NCBI GenBank assembly: GCA_043827405.1
Contig: JBDRPD010000050.1
Location: 32,001 to 96,000, forward strand
Origin: Elusimicrobiota bacterium
GTDB taxonomy: Bacteria > Elusimicrobiota > Elusimicrobia > UBA1565
DNA length: 64,000 nt
Reading direction: 5' to 3'
The position numbers and the translations under genes are program-made. This document shows, one piece after another, positions 1-13,333 of the stretch (position 1 is its first letter; the number at the start of each line of letters is the position of its first letter). The notes beneath the pieces are model-generated. The model was not told where the DNA came from and did not search any database. It worked only from the letters and a program-made list of their open reading frames with translations.

Positions 1-1
1 C

Positions 2-1003
2 CATGATTGGCGCCGGCAGGTGCTGCGGGTTCTGCACGCGCTGCTCAGAGAGGATCCCGCTATCTTGCCGGCGCGAGGGACCGGCCGCGAACTGCTGGCG
101 CATGCGCGCGCTTTCCCCGCGCCGCAACGGACGCGCATCCTCGCCGGCCTTATCGAGATGCCAGCCGCCGGTCCCGAGCTCCTGCTCGCCGCCGCGCAGA
201 GCGCCGCCGAGCTAAAACAGCGGAAGCTTGCGGCGCGGGCGCTCGAACGCGCCGGATCGCGCGCGCTCTCCCGCGATGAGCGCGCCCGCTGGACGCGCCT
301 CAGCGCCCGGCTCGCGCAGCTCGAACCTCTGCTGCGGCGGACGGACGCCGAACTCGCTCCCGGCGCCTGGCTGGACCTGGCGCGCGCCGCGCTCAAAGAC
401 GGGAAGCTCGAGCAGGCTCGGCGCGCGGCGGCACGGGCGGAAAAAGCCGGCGCCGACGATGCCTGGATTTGGCTCCAGCTCGGCGCCGCGGCGGCAAAAA
501 CGGAGAACCGCGCCGCCGCGCGCGAGGACCTCGCGCGAGCGGCGCGGCGGACTCTGAGTTCCGAGCAAAAACATGAGCTGGCCCGCGCCTGGCTGCTGCT
601 GGATGCGCTGAGCGCGGCGGAGAAGGCCGCCGGCGGCGACGCGCAGCTGCTGCGCCTGATCGCCGTCCGCTACCAAACGCTCGGCGAATATGCGCGCGCC
701 CTGGAACTTCTGGACCGCCTCGTCCGCGGCGCGCCCGGCGACCCGCGAAACCTGAACGACCGGGGCGTGCTCAAGGCGCTTATGGGCCGCCGCGAAGAAG
801 CGATCGCCGACCTGCGCGCCGCGCTCGCCCGCGAGCCCTTTCTTCCTGAGGCCTGCCTGACGCTAGGCGGGCTGCTCACCCAGATGGGAAAGCGCGGCGA
901 AGCCCTGGCGCTCTATGAGCGAGCCCTGCGGGAGCATCCGGCGCTGGCCGGCACGCCGCTGGGACGACGCCTGCGCGAAGACGCGGCGGCCGCGCGGCGA
1001 TAA
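2..1003 (+). CDS. TPR-repeat protein, probably 5'-truncated by the window edge
   Basis: Frame is open from position 2 through GTG 20. Ala-rich helical repeats such as AWIWLQLG, NLNDRGVLKALMGRREEAIADLRAAL, ACLTLGGLLTQMG. Confidence 0.85.
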   Translation, partial: HDWRRQVLRVLHALLREDPAILPARGTGRELLAHARAFPAPQRTRILAGLIEMPAAGPELLLAAAQSAAELKQRKLAARALERAGSRALSRDERARWTRLSARLAQLEPLLRRTDAELAPGAWLDLARAALKDGKLEQARRAAARAEKAGADDAWIWLQLGAAAAKTENRAAAREDLARAARRTLSSEQKHELARAWLLLDALSAAEKAAGGDAQLLRLIAVRYQTLGEYARALELLDRLVRGAPGDPRNLNDRGVLKALMGRREEAIADLRAALAREPFLPEACLTLGGLLTQMGKRGEALALYERALREHPALAGTPLGRRLREDAAAARR

Positions 1004-1021
1004 GTTTAATACGATCTGACC

Positions 1022-2761
1022 ATGACTCGAACCCGGCGGGAAAGGCTCGGCGTTCTATGGCTGGCGGCCGGCGCGGCGGCGCTGGCCTCGCGCTGCCTGC
1101 GGCCGATCGCCAATCCCGACATCTACTGGCATCTCTCCGCCGGCGCGCAGATGCTGGAGAAGGGGGCTATTCCCCGCCGCGACTTTCTTTCGCACACCCG
1201 CCACGCAGCGCCGTGGATCGACTTTGAATGGCTGGCCCAACTGCTCTACGCCTTGGTTCATCGTACGGCGGGTTTTCCCGGGCTCATCGCACTCAAGACG
1301 CTGGTCCTCGGCGCCACGGCCGCAAGCTTTGTATTGCTGCTCCGGCGCCTGCGGGTTTCGCTCGCCGCGCAGGGGCTGTCGCTGCTGGTCCTGGCCGCGG
1401 GCCTCATCCCCAACAGCTTCGTCAAGCCGAGCAACTTCTCGCTGCTCCTCTTCACCGGGACCCTATGGCTCGCCGAGATGGTCCGCCTGGAAGACCTCAA
1501 GGACCGGCGGCGCGCCGGGCTCGCCGCCTTTATGCTGTTCGCTTTGTGGGCCAACCTGCACGGCGGGTTTATCTTCGGCCTCGCGCTCCTCGGCGCCTAC
1601 AGCGCGGGGCAGTGGCGCGCGCAGCCGGCACAGCGGAGCCTCTACGCCGTCCTCTTCGCCGCCGCCGCCGTCGGCACCCTGTGCAATCCCTTCGGCACCG
1701 GAGTCTATGCGGTGCTGCTGCGGCATGCGGCGGATGCCGCGTTCCTGCAGCAGGCCATCGGGGAATGGGCGCCGGCAAGCCCGCGCAACGTCTACCTCTA
1801 TCCTTTCTGGGCGGTTCTCGCCGCCGCCGCCGCCGCGATCATCTTCCGCCTGCGCCACGGCCGCCCGGTGGTCTGGGCGCAGGTGCTGGCGCTCGCCGGC
1901 CTGGCCGTCGCCGCGCTGCGCCACTGGCGCACCGCGCCGCTGTTCATCCTGGCGGCGCTGCCCGTCATCGCGACCATGGAGAAGGAGTTTCCGGCGCCGC
2001 GCACCAAGATCGAGAAAATTCTCCTGCGGCTATGTCCTTTCATCCTGGCCGGCGCGGTCCTTGCGCACTTCGCGGCCTATGGTCCCTGGCGCCTGCCGCG
2101 GCGCGCGATCGCGCATGCCTCCGTCCCGGAGCAGGCCGCAGATTTCATCGCCGCGATTTCCCGCGATATCGGACCCACCCGGCTCTACAACCCCTGGGGC
2201 TGGGGCGGTTATCTCGGCTATCGCCTGCACCCGACGTCCAAGGTATTCATGGACGGCCGCTACATCTTCCACGACCTGCTCGTAGAGCGCGTGGCTGCGA
2301 CCAAGACGCCGGAGACGTTTAACGCCTTCCTGAAAAAATACGACGCAAATCTTATCGTGCTCAAGCGCGACCGGCCGCCGATCGTCGCGCCTCACCGGAT
2401 GCCCGACGGCACGACCCGGTACGCGCCGCGGCCGTTCTATATGTTCTTTATGCCCCAGGAGCGTTGGTCTTTGATCTACTGGGACGCCTTGGCGCTGATC
2501 TTCGTGCGCAGCGACGCGGGCGACGCGCGCTGGCGCGGCGAACACGTTTACGCCATGTACCACCCGGACGATGAGGCCGCCCTGCGGCGCGCCCTGGACA
2601 GCAAGCTGATCGGCCGGGATCTCTTCCGCCTGGAATTATGCCGGCATCTGCGCGAAGCCGGCGAGGACGCCGAGACCCGCCGCCTGCTGGAATACGCCGG
2701 CGGCTCCGGCTGCCTGGAAGTGCCGAAAAGCCTCTTCCCCTACTCCGGACCGCTACCCTAA
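1022..2761 (+). CDS. Polytopic membrane protein, GT-C-like glycosyltransferase candidate
   Basis: Many TM segments; first loop DIYWHL..G, WIDFEWLAQ, WANLHGGF; C-terminal soluble region with WGGYL and FMDGR. Confidence 0.6.
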   Translation: MTRTRRERLGVLWLAAGAAALASRCLRPIANPDIYWHLSAGAQMLEKGAIPRRDFLSHTRHAAPWIDFEWLAQLLYALVHRTAGFPGLIALKTLVLGATAASFVLLLRRLRVSLAAQGLSLLVLAAGLIPNSFVKPSNFSLLLFTGTLWLAEMVRLEDLKDRRRAGLAAFMLFALWANLHGGFIFGLALLGAYSAGQWRAQPAQRSLYAVLFAAAAVGTLCNPFGTGVYAVLLRHAADAAFLQQAIGEWAPASPRNVYLYPFWAVLAAAAAAIIFRLRHGRPVVWAQVLALAGLAVAALRHWRTAPLFILAALPVIATMEKEFPAPRTKIEKILLRLCPFILAGAVLAHFAAYGPWRLPRRAIAHASVPEQAADFIAAISRDIGPTRLYNPWGWGGYLGYRLHPTSKVFMDGRYIFHDLLVERVAATKTPETFNAFLKKYDANLIVLKRDRPPIVAPHRMPDGTTRYAPRPFYMFFMPQERWSLIYWDALALIFVRSDAGDARWRGEHVYAMYHPDDEAALRRALDSKLIGRDLFRLELCRHLREAGEDAETRRLLEYAGGSGCLEVPKSLFPYSGPLP

Positions 2762-2850
2762 AACCGCCACCCGGCGCTCGACCGTCAAGCCCATATGCTA
2801 CACTTGCTCCGCCCGATGACGCAGCTCCGCAGCGGAACCGCCGACCGTTC

Positions 2851-3997
2851 ATGATATCGCGAGCGCTCCTGGCCCTCGAGGACGGCACGGTTTTACGCGG
2901 CCGCTCCTGCGGCGCCGCCGGCGAGGCCGCCGGCGAAATGGTCTTCAACACCTCGCTGACCGGCTACCAGGAAGTGCTCACCGACCCCTCCTACAAAGGC
3001 CAGCTCGTCGTCATGACCAACCCCATGATCGGCAACTACGGCATCACCGCCGGCGACAACGAAAGCCGGGGGACCTTTCTCGAAGCTTTCATCATGCGCG
3101 AGCTCTGCCGCCGGCCCTCGAACTGGGAGTCGATCGAAAGCGTCGGCGAGCTGCTGCGGCGCCGCGGCGTCATCGCCGTCGACGGCGTAGACACCCGCCT
3201 ATTGACCCGCCGGCTGCGCGAGAAGGGCGCCCTGCGCGCGATCTTATCGACCACGGAAGCCGATCCCGCGCGGCTCCTGCGCCGCGTCCGCAAAGTGCCG
3301 GTAATGACCGGCCGCGACCTCACCTCGCTGGTCACCTGCTCCGCGCCCTATGAGTGGACCGAACCGCAAAGCGGCGGCGGAGCGCCCCCGCCGGACTGGC
3401 CGCGCCCGCCCCGCGTGGTGGTCATGGACTTCGGGGTCAAGTACGGCATCCTGCGCTGCCTGGCCGCGCTCGGCTGCGCAGTGACGGTCGTACCGGCCGG
3501 CGCCTCCGCCGGCGAAATCGAAGCGCTGCTGCCGGACGGCATCCTGCTGTCCAACGGGCCCGGGGACCCCGCTCCCGTCGCCGGAGCGATCGCCGTCATC
3601 CGCCGCCTGCTGCCGACCCGCATCCCCATATTCGGCATCTGCCTGGGCCACCAACTGCTCGCGCTGGCGCTCGGCGGACGCACCTTCAAGCTCAAATTCG
3701 GCCACCACGGGGCCAACCACCCGGTCAAAGACCTCACGACCGGAAAGATCGAGATCACGACGCAGAACCACGGCTTCTGCGTGGATATGGAATCCCTCCC
3801 GCGGACCGTGCAGACGACGCACGTCAACCTCAACGACGGCACGTCGGAAGGGCTGATGCATACGCGGCTGCCCGTATTCTCCGTCCAGCACCATCCGGAA
3901 GCCGCGGCCGGGCCGCACGACGCGCGCCACCTCTTCGACCGCTTCGGCCGGCTGCTGCGCCGGAATATGATTAAGCCCCGGCGGCGGCGGACTCAGC

Positions 3998-4005
<8 letters not shown>
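2851..4005 (+). CDS. carA: Carbamoyl-phosphate synthase small subunit
   Basis: [45 protein letters not shown]. Start reassigned to ATG 2851. Confidence 0.97.
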
Positions 4006-7246
<3,241 letters not shown>

Positions 7247-7280
7247 GCTCGAAAATACCTGCCCTTTCCCCATTGATATA

Positions 7281-7346
7281 GGCCCTTTGACCCAGCCCCG
7301 GCCGGGACCAACGACGCATACGCTCCGCCGGCTATTGCATTACAAT
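7281..7346 (+). promoter_or_regulatory. Tandem-box promoter (box, box, 23 nt, -10 TACAAT)
   Basis: GGCCCTTTGACCC 7281, GGACCAACGACGC 7305, TACAAT 7341-7346, ATG 7355. Confidence 0.55.
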
Positions 7347-7354
7347 TAAGGTAG

Positions 7355-8383
7355 ATGATACGCAGGTACTGGAGCGCCCTATTGGCGGCCGCAGCTGCGG
7401 CCGTATTATCCGCCCCGCTCGACGCCGCGGCCGGAAGCTACGGCGCCGCCGCGGCCGCCGACGAGCCGGTCGTCGTCCATGCCAAAGTCGACTATCTCGA
7501 TTCGGCGGTCGATGACCTGCGGGATGCGGTGCGCAACGACGGCTACTCGGACAACGACGTTCACGCCAAGGCCTCGGTTCTGTTCGGGAGCATCGTGCGC
7601 AAGGACTCCACCGCCATCGGCACCCTGCACGTCCGCGGCTGGGCCAAGCCCAGCATTCACACCACGGCTTTCCGGACCGGGCAGAGCCGCGAGAACATCA
7701 CGGTCGACGGGATGTCCGCGGCGGTATATAAAACCTTGATGGCTTCGGACGTGCCGCCGCCGACCGAGATCATGGACGCTTACGTCTACGGCGAGGACCT
7801 CGAAAAGGACGGCCTGAAGAATTACGACGACGGAAAGATTCTGGGCCGGGGCCAGCTCGGCGTCTATATGTACCGGGGCAGCGAGAAGGTGGGCGTTTAC
7901 TTCAACAAGTTCATGCGCAGCGTCCAGGCCTGGGTCGGCAATGAGTTCGCCGCCGCCACGGACATGCATGAGAGCGCCCATTCGCGCGACCATACCAAGG
8001 GCGAACTCAACCCGGTCGAAGTGCGCCGCGGCGAAGTCCTGGCCTACAAGACCGAATACCTGTGGCTGAACCTCATGGACCCGACCGGACAAAAGCTGTC
8101 GTGGGCACGCGCCACCTTCGGCAAGTTCGCGCAGGGAGCGGACAAGGCGCCGGAATTTGTTAGTGAGTATCTGGAGCACCTAGCGAAGATTCGCTATTAC
8201 GGAAACAAGGACGACTTTTTAGGGCTCGTAGACGAGCTGGGGTACCGGGATAAGCACAACCATGCCGGAGCCCCCCATGGAAGCGATGCGCCCGGCCGCC
8301 GAGATGACGCAGAGAAAGCGGAGCGCCCGGGTGAAGAGGATGGCCCGCCCGCACTCGTACAGTACGTTAATTTCCCGGGCTGA
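7355..8383 (+). CDS. Exported protein with zincin-like HExxH motif
   Basis: Signal peptide; MHESAHSRDH followed by a downstream Glu (GEVLAY). Confidence 0.65.
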   Translation: MIRRYWSALLAAAAAAVLSAPLDAAAGSYGAAAAADEPVVVHAKVDYLDSAVDDLRDAVRNDGYSDNDVHAKASVLFGSIVRKDSTAIGTLHVRGWAKPSIHTTAFRTGQSRENITVDGMSAAVYKTLMASDVPPPTEIMDAYVYGEDLEKDGLKNYDDGKILGRGQLGVYMYRGSEKVGVYFNKFMRSVQAWVGNEFAAATDMHESAHSRDHTKGELNPVEVRRGEVLAYKTEYLWLNLMDPTGQKLSWARATFGKFAQGADKAPEFVSEYLEHLAKIRYYGNKDDFLGLVDELGYRDKHNHAGAPHGSDAPGRRDDAEKAERPGEEDGPPALVQYVNFPG

Positions 8384-8441
8384 CCACCGCCGGCTTCCTC
8401 TCCTAACAACCGTCCCGCAAAATGATATAAGAGGTACTTCT

Positions 8442-9584
8442 ATGGCTATTCTTTCAAGCCGGGACGAGCAGATATCCGTCACCTGCGCGATTCTGAAAGA
8501 CGATGTCCGCAAACGCTTTTTCGCCGCCCTGCGCAAAAAGGGCGGTAATCCGGAGCGTATTGCCCGGGTCTGCGACACCGGCGCCGGGGTCGTCAATAAC
8601 TGGATCACGGGCTCAACCAAGCTCCCCTACAACACGCTGCAAATGCTCGCCGCGGAGTTCAACGTGGCGCTGCCCGAAATCAGCGAGCTGCGCAAGGAGT
8701 ACCAAATAGTCTCCGGCGGCCACAAAAGGAAGCGGGAGCCGAAGCGGCCGGTCATCCCCGGCCCGCTGCCGGCAGAGCCGAGCGCCGGCGGCCCGCCGCA
8801 AAAACCGCCGCAAGAACCGCGGCGCGAACCCGAACGCGAACCGAAACGTGAATCCAAGCGCACCGCCCGGCGCGGCCGCAAAGCGGAGAAGGCGGCCCCG
8901 CGCCAGGATGAGGCCGCCAAATCGCCGGACAAGCTGACCGACGACCGCGCCTACTGGACGGGTGTGCTGCTCGGCCGCGCCGAGCGCGACGAAACCCATA
9001 TCCGCCTGGCCGCCGGCAAGCGCATCAGCCAGAACTTCGCGGCGACCTGGGCCATCCTCACCGTGAAGGCCTTCGACGTCAAGCCCGAGCTTGCGATGTC
9101 GGAAGACCGTTCGGTCCAAACGGCGACTTTGCCCGCGGCCAGCGTCGCGGCCTTTCTCGACCGCATCGAGTTCAAGCCGGGCACCCGGCCGGACAGCGCT
9201 CCCGGGGCTCCCCGCTGGGTTTGGTCCAACCCGGACTGGAAAAAAGAATTCCTCAAGGGGCTGGTGGACTCCTGCGCGCAGTTTCAGCGCACGCCGGCGC
9301 TCACCCTGGAGGGGCTGTCGGAGCAGCTGGCGCAGTCGGCGGTCAAGATGTTCGCGTCTTTGGAGCTGACCGCGAAAATAGGTGACGCGAATAAGGTGAC
9401 GCTCGAAGGCGCCGACGCGGTACGCAAGTACGTCGACGAGGTCGGAACGCGCAACCCCAAACTCAAGGACCAGATCGGCTCCCACTTCGGCACCCGCCCC
9501 CAGGGACAAAACCGCGGCCGCTCCTCCGGGCGGCGGCGCGGCGGACGGCGGCGCTCGCAGCAAAGCCGTAAGACGCAGGGCTAG
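8442..9584 (+). CDS. HTH plus degenerate double LAGLIDADG DNA-binding protein
   Basis: GAGG before ATG 8442; N-terminal XRE-like helices (ERIARVCDTGAGVVNNWITG); AYWTGVLLGRA and EFLKGLVDSCA motifs; Arg/Gly-rich tail. Confidence 0.6.
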   Translation: MAILSSRDEQISVTCAILKDDVRKRFFAALRKKGGNPERIARVCDTGAGVVNNWITGSTKLPYNTLQMLAAEFNVALPEISELRKEYQIVSGGHKRKREPKRPVIPGPLPAEPSAGGPPQKPPQEPRREPEREPKRESKRTARRGRKAEKAAPRQDEAAKSPDKLTDDRAYWTGVLLGRAERDETHIRLAAGKRISQNFAATWAILTVKAFDVKPELAMSEDRSVQTATLPAASVAAFLDRIEFKPGTRPDSAPGAPRWVWSNPDWKKEFLKGLVDSCAQFQRTPALTLEGLSEQLAQSAVKMFASLELTAKIGDANKVTLEGADAVRKYVDEVGTRNPKLKDQIGSHFGTRPQGQNRGRSSGRRRGGRRRSQQSRKTQG

Positions 9585-9601
9585 GCCCGCCCGCCGCCCA
9601 T

Positions 9602-10567
9602 ATGGCCGCGCGCGCGATGCCGAAAAACGACACCGGGACCGACGTTGTGCTCGCTTTGGGATGCGGCTCGGCGCGCGGCCTCGCGCATATCGGCGCGATC
9701 CGGGAGTTGGAGAGGGCCGGCTACAATATCCGCGGGGTCGCCGGCAGCAGCATCGGGGCGGTGATCGGCGCGCTCTACTGCGCCGGGGCGCTCGGAGAGT
9801 ACGAGAAGTATGTACTCTCCCTCAACTGGAAGAGCGTCCTGCGCATGCTCGACCCCGTCTTCCCGACGGCGGGCCTGCTGGGCGGGGACCATCTCAAAAA
9901 GATGATCGCCCAATTCATCGGCGAGCGCGACATCGAAGACCTCGACATCCCGTTCTGCGCGGTCGCCTCCGATCTGGCCACCGGCGAGGAAGTGCGCCTG
10001 CGCAAAGGGCCGGTGGAGCAGATGGTGCGGGCGAGCTTCGCCGTCCCGGGGATATTCACGCCGGTTGAGTGGCAGGGAGAGTATCTCGTGGACGGCGGCG
10101 TAAGCAGCCCCGTCCCCGTCGGCGCCGCGCGGGAGCTGGCCGACGCCGAGCTGCCGGTGATCGCGATCGACGTAAACGCCGGCCCGCGCCGGACCCGCAC
10201 GCCGGGAAAGGTCATCCCGCCGAGCAAGCCTCCGCCCTCCAGCGGCTACTTCGACGCCTTCCTCAAGCCGTTCGGCGCCAAGCAGGAAAGCGGGCCGGGG
10301 CTCTTCTCTTCGCTGAGCGACTGCGTCGCTCATGTCCAGCACCGCCTCACGGTGCTGCAGCTGGAGCGTGACATTCCGGACTACCTCATCGAAACCGACC
10401 TCGGCAGCGTCGGGATGTTCGACTATCACCGCGCCGAAGGACTTATCCGCGCGGGACGGCGGGCCGCCAAGCGGGCGCTCAGGACCGGACGCCGGCGCCG
10501 CGGACGGCTTAAGCCGATGATCCGGCGCTGGCTCCCGGCCTGGGCGCTCGACGCGATCACCGAATGA
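9602..10567 (+). CDS. Patatin-like phospholipase
   Basis: LALGCGSARGLAHIG, GSSIG nucleophile elbow, LVDGG. Confidence 0.92.
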   Translation: MAARAMPKNDTGTDVVLALGCGSARGLAHIGAIRELERAGYNIRGVAGSSIGAVIGALYCAGALGEYEKYVLSLNWKSVLRMLDPVFPTAGLLGGDHLKKMIAQFIGERDIEDLDIPFCAVASDLATGEEVRLRKGPVEQMVRASFAVPGIFTPVEWQGEYLVDGGVSSPVPVGAARELADAELPVIAIDVNAGPRRTRTPGKVIPPSKPPPSSGYFDAFLKPFGAKQESGPGLFSSLSDCVAHVQHRLTVLQLERDIPDYLIETDLGSVGMFDYHRAEGLIRAGRRAAKRALRTGRRRRGRLKPMIRRWLPAWALDAITE

Positions 10568-10568
10568 G

Positions 10569-11078
10569 ATGAGCCGGGCATTCGTTAAAGAAGACTCCGG
10601 CGAAGAGGACGATCTTCCCGATCGTCCGCAGCCACCGGGCCCCAATTACGTCACTCCCCGGGGAAACAGGCTTCTGCGGGAGCGGCTGGAAGCGCTGGCC
10701 GCCGAGCGCTCCCGGTTCCCGGCCGGAGCGGACGACGGCGAACTGCGCCGTCGGCGGCGCATGGTCGAGCGGGAGATCCGCTACTACCGGGGGCGGGCGG
10801 AAACCGCGGTGGTCGTGGACCATGCGGACAACCCGCCGGAGGATGTCCGCATCGGCGCGGAGATTGAGGCCGCGGATGAGAGCGGACATAAGCGCCGCTT
10901 CTTTATCGTAGGTCACGATGAGGCGGATCCGGAGAACGGCCGGATCAGCTGGGCCTCCCCCTTGGCGGGCTTGCTGCTTGGCCGCAAAGCCGGGGATGAA
11001 GCCGTCTGGAAGAAGCCCGGCGGCGAAACGCGTCTGCGCATCACAGCCGTCCGCTATACCGGGGACGGGGGAGCGTAG
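10569..11078 (+). CDS. GreA/GreB family elongation factor
   Basis: MSRAFVKED, NYVTPRG, IVGHDEAD, ISWASPLA. Confidence 0.9.
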   Translation: MSRAFVKEDSGEEDDLPDRPQPPGPNYVTPRGNRLLRERLEALAAERSRFPAGADDGELRRRRRMVEREIRYYRGRAETAVVVDHADNPPEDVRIGAEIEAADESGHKRRFFIVGHDEADPENGRISWASPLAGLLLGRKAGDEAVWKKPGGETRLRITAVRYTGDGGA

Positions 11079-11143
11079 TGCGAATCGCCCCGCGTTTTTT
11101 GTAGATTCTGCGTAAATTATCCCAAACCGCCTTCGGAGGAAGC

Positions 11144-12043
11144 ATGGATCGATCCCTTATCGCCGCCGCCCTGCTGTTGCTGGCCGGCGGCGTTTATGCC
11201 GGACCTGTAAAGTACAACGCCGGCGAGTTCACAGACACGGCCAAAATGGCCAAAAAGCTCACCGCCGGCAAGCAGCTAAAAAAGCTCAAGAAATGGAACG
11301 TCTCGAATATCATCATCACCGAATGCGTCGGCGAGTTCATGCAGTCCCGCGAGGTCTCCGCGGGCGCCATGGAATCCCGCTGGTCGGACTTTACAATCAA
11401 AACCCAAAGCACGATCGACCTGGGCGGGGACTACTACAACTCCGTAGCCGACCGGGTCTATACCCTGGTCCAGAAAGCCTTCGAGGACAACGGCTTCTCT
11501 TTCGTGTCGAAAGAGAGCCTGATGGAAAACGAGCGTTATCAGAAACTAAACCTCGAGTTTGAGAAGAAGACCCGAGGCTACACCGGCGGAGTGATGAAGC
11601 AGAGCGTCACCACCAAGGGCATGAAGCGCTCCGCCACCGGCCTGGGCATCTATCCCTCGAACCCGCTCACGGCCATCAAGCTGGCCGTCGGCGTCGCGGA
11701 CATGACCGCCGAGATCAAGGCGGACTCGGCCATGCGCATCAAGTTCTACGTCGACAAGGGGAAAAATGGAACGCCGGTCTTAAAGACCTTCGAGGTATTG
11801 ATCAGCGGGGATCTGCGGGGCGAGGAAGTCGGCTTCAAAGGCCACAAGAAGATGTCCTACGGCTTCCGCCGGCAGGACGAGAATATTTTTGCCCTGGAAA
11901 AACCCATCACCAGCACGGTGGATATTCAGGGTGAGGGGAAGGGTTCGGTCGACATGAAGAAATACGACGAGGCCCTCTTTGCAATCGTCGGGTCCGTGGT
12001 CGACATGCTCGGCCACAGCCTTAAGGAGGCGAGCGGCGCGTAG
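11144..12043 (+). CDS. Exported Lys-rich hypothetical protein
   Basis: GGAGG RBS, signal peptide ending VYA, coding-like codon use; no family recognised. Confidence 0.75.
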   Translation: MDRSLIAAALLLLAGGVYAGPVKYNAGEFTDTAKMAKKLTAGKQLKKLKKWNVSNIIITECVGEFMQSREVSAGAMESRWSDFTIKTQSTIDLGGDYYNSVADRVYTLVQKAFEDNGFSFVSKESLMENERYQKLNLEFEKKTRGYTGGVMKQSVTTKGMKRSATGLGIYPSNPLTAIKLAVGVADMTAEIKADSAMRIKFYVDKGKNGTPVLKTFEVLISGDLRGEEVGFKGHKKMSYGFRRQDENIFALEKPITSTVDIQGEGKGSVDMKKYDEALFAIVGSVVDMLGHSLKEASGA

Positions 12044-12078
12044 CCGGCGGACATCGGCGTCGGCTTCGCCGCTTAACC

Positions 12079-12115
12079 CGGAAGCCCTGCTGCGCTATTG
12101 GCGGCAGGGCTTCCG
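12079..12115. terminator. Hairpin between convergent genes
   Basis: CGGAAGCCCTGCTGC / GCGGCAGGGCTTCCG inverted repeat; no strong U tract. Confidence 0.55.
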
Positions 12116-13333
12116 ATTGTATGGGCGAATGAACGCCGCGACCACCGCTGCGGCCAGGCACAGTACTCCGCATAGGGTAAAGGCCAGGGGGAAGTTCCCC
12201 TGATCTCCAAGGCGGCCGCCGATGATGGGACCGAGAATGCCGCCGAACCCGTAGGAAAGAAACACCCACCCGTAATTCTGGGCCAGGAACTTGGTCCCGA
12301 AGCAATCGGCCGTAATGGTGGGAAACAGGGAGAAGTTCCCGCCGAAGTTAAAGCCGATAACGGCGGCTCCCAGATAGAGCAGGCCCGGGGTGCAGGCCAT
12401 CCACTGAAACAGAATAACGGCGCAGCCCTGCATGGCCGTCATCAAGACCAGCGCAAGCCTGCGGCCGATATAATCGCTGATCGTCCCCCAGAGAATGCGG
12501 CCCAGCCCGTGGGCGACCGAGAAGAATACCGCCATGGCGGTCCCGGCGATAGCCGAGGCTTCCGCCGGCGCGATCCCGTTGGCGCCCAGCGCCTCCAGCG
12601 GGAAGAGCTTCATGAGCCCGATGCACATCAAGCCCGCGCTTGAACCGCACATGAAGGTCGCGAAGATCAGGTAGAACTGCGGGGTCCGGAGCATCCGGCC
12701 GCTGTCGAGATCGCCGGTCGCTGACGGCTCCTCCGCCCCCTGCGCGGCGGGTCCTGCAGACGGGAAGCGCATCCAGATTCCGCCGATCAAGACGGCGATA
12801 AAGAAGATCAGCCCGTAGAGCATGAAGGTCCTGCCCAGACCGATGCTCGCGAGCAGTCCGCCCCAGGTTCCCGCGAGCTTGACCCAAAGCATGGCTCCAA
12901 AGCCGAAGCCCGCCACCGCGAGGCCGGTAATCATTCCTTTCTGGTCCGGAAACCAGCGTACGCCGACCGCGATCGGCACCACATAGGCCAACCCGATCCC
13001 GCTGCCGCCGACCACGCCGACAAACAGCAGCACCGGCCAAAAAGAGAGCGGCGCGACCGCCCCGCCCAAGAAATAGCCGCCCCCCAGGACCGCTCCGCCC
13101 GCCCAAGTGAGCAGGCGCGGCCCGAACACCGGCATCAGGCGACCCGCGAGGACCATGACGACGGCGAAGGACGCCAGCCCGGCGGCGAAGACCATTTGGG
13201 TCTCGCCCCTGCTCCACCCCGCGGCGGTAAGCGCGGGCGTAAAGACCGACCAGGCATAGATGGCTCCGAGGCAGAGCTGAATAAGCAGCGCGCCCAAAAC
13301 CACTCCCCAGCGGTTATGCTCCGATATCCTCAT
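12095..13333 (-). CDS. OFA-family (OxlT-like) MFS transporter
   Basis: QLCLGAIYAWSVF, WFPDQKGMITGLAVAGFG, GRILWGTISDYIGR; about 12 TM. Confidence 0.9.
   Translation of the reverse strand: MRISEHNRWGVVLGALLIQLCLGAIYAWSVFTPALTAAGWSRGETQMVFAAGLASFAVVMVLAGRLMPVFGPRLLTWAGGAVLGGGYFLGGAVAPLSFWPVLLFVGVVGGSGIGLAYVVPIAVGVRWFPDQKGMITGLAVAGFGFGAMLWVKLAGTWGGLLASIGLGRTFMLYGLIFFIAVLIGGIWMRFPSAGPAAQGAEEPSATGDLDSGRMLRTPQFYLIFATFMCGSSAGLMCIGLMKLFPLEALGANGIAPAEASAIAGTAMAVFFSVAHGLGRILWGTISDYIGRRLALVLMTAMQGCAVILFQWMACTPGLLYLGAAVIGFNFGGNFSLFPTITADCFGTKFLAQNYGWVFLSYGFGGILGPIIGGRLGDQGNFPLAFTLCGVLCLAAAVVAAFIRPYNRKPCRQ

Noticed and set aside
2638..2850. Long N-terminal extensions in the ORF track (carA, 8262, 52452, 35077, 29196, 23083, 24381)
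   Set aside because: They overlap neighbouring genes or promoters; downstream starts have an RBS, a -10 or stop-start coupling.
8442..9584. Active intein or intron homing endonuclease
   Set aside because: No splicing motifs or host gene, and the catalytic acidic residues are missing.
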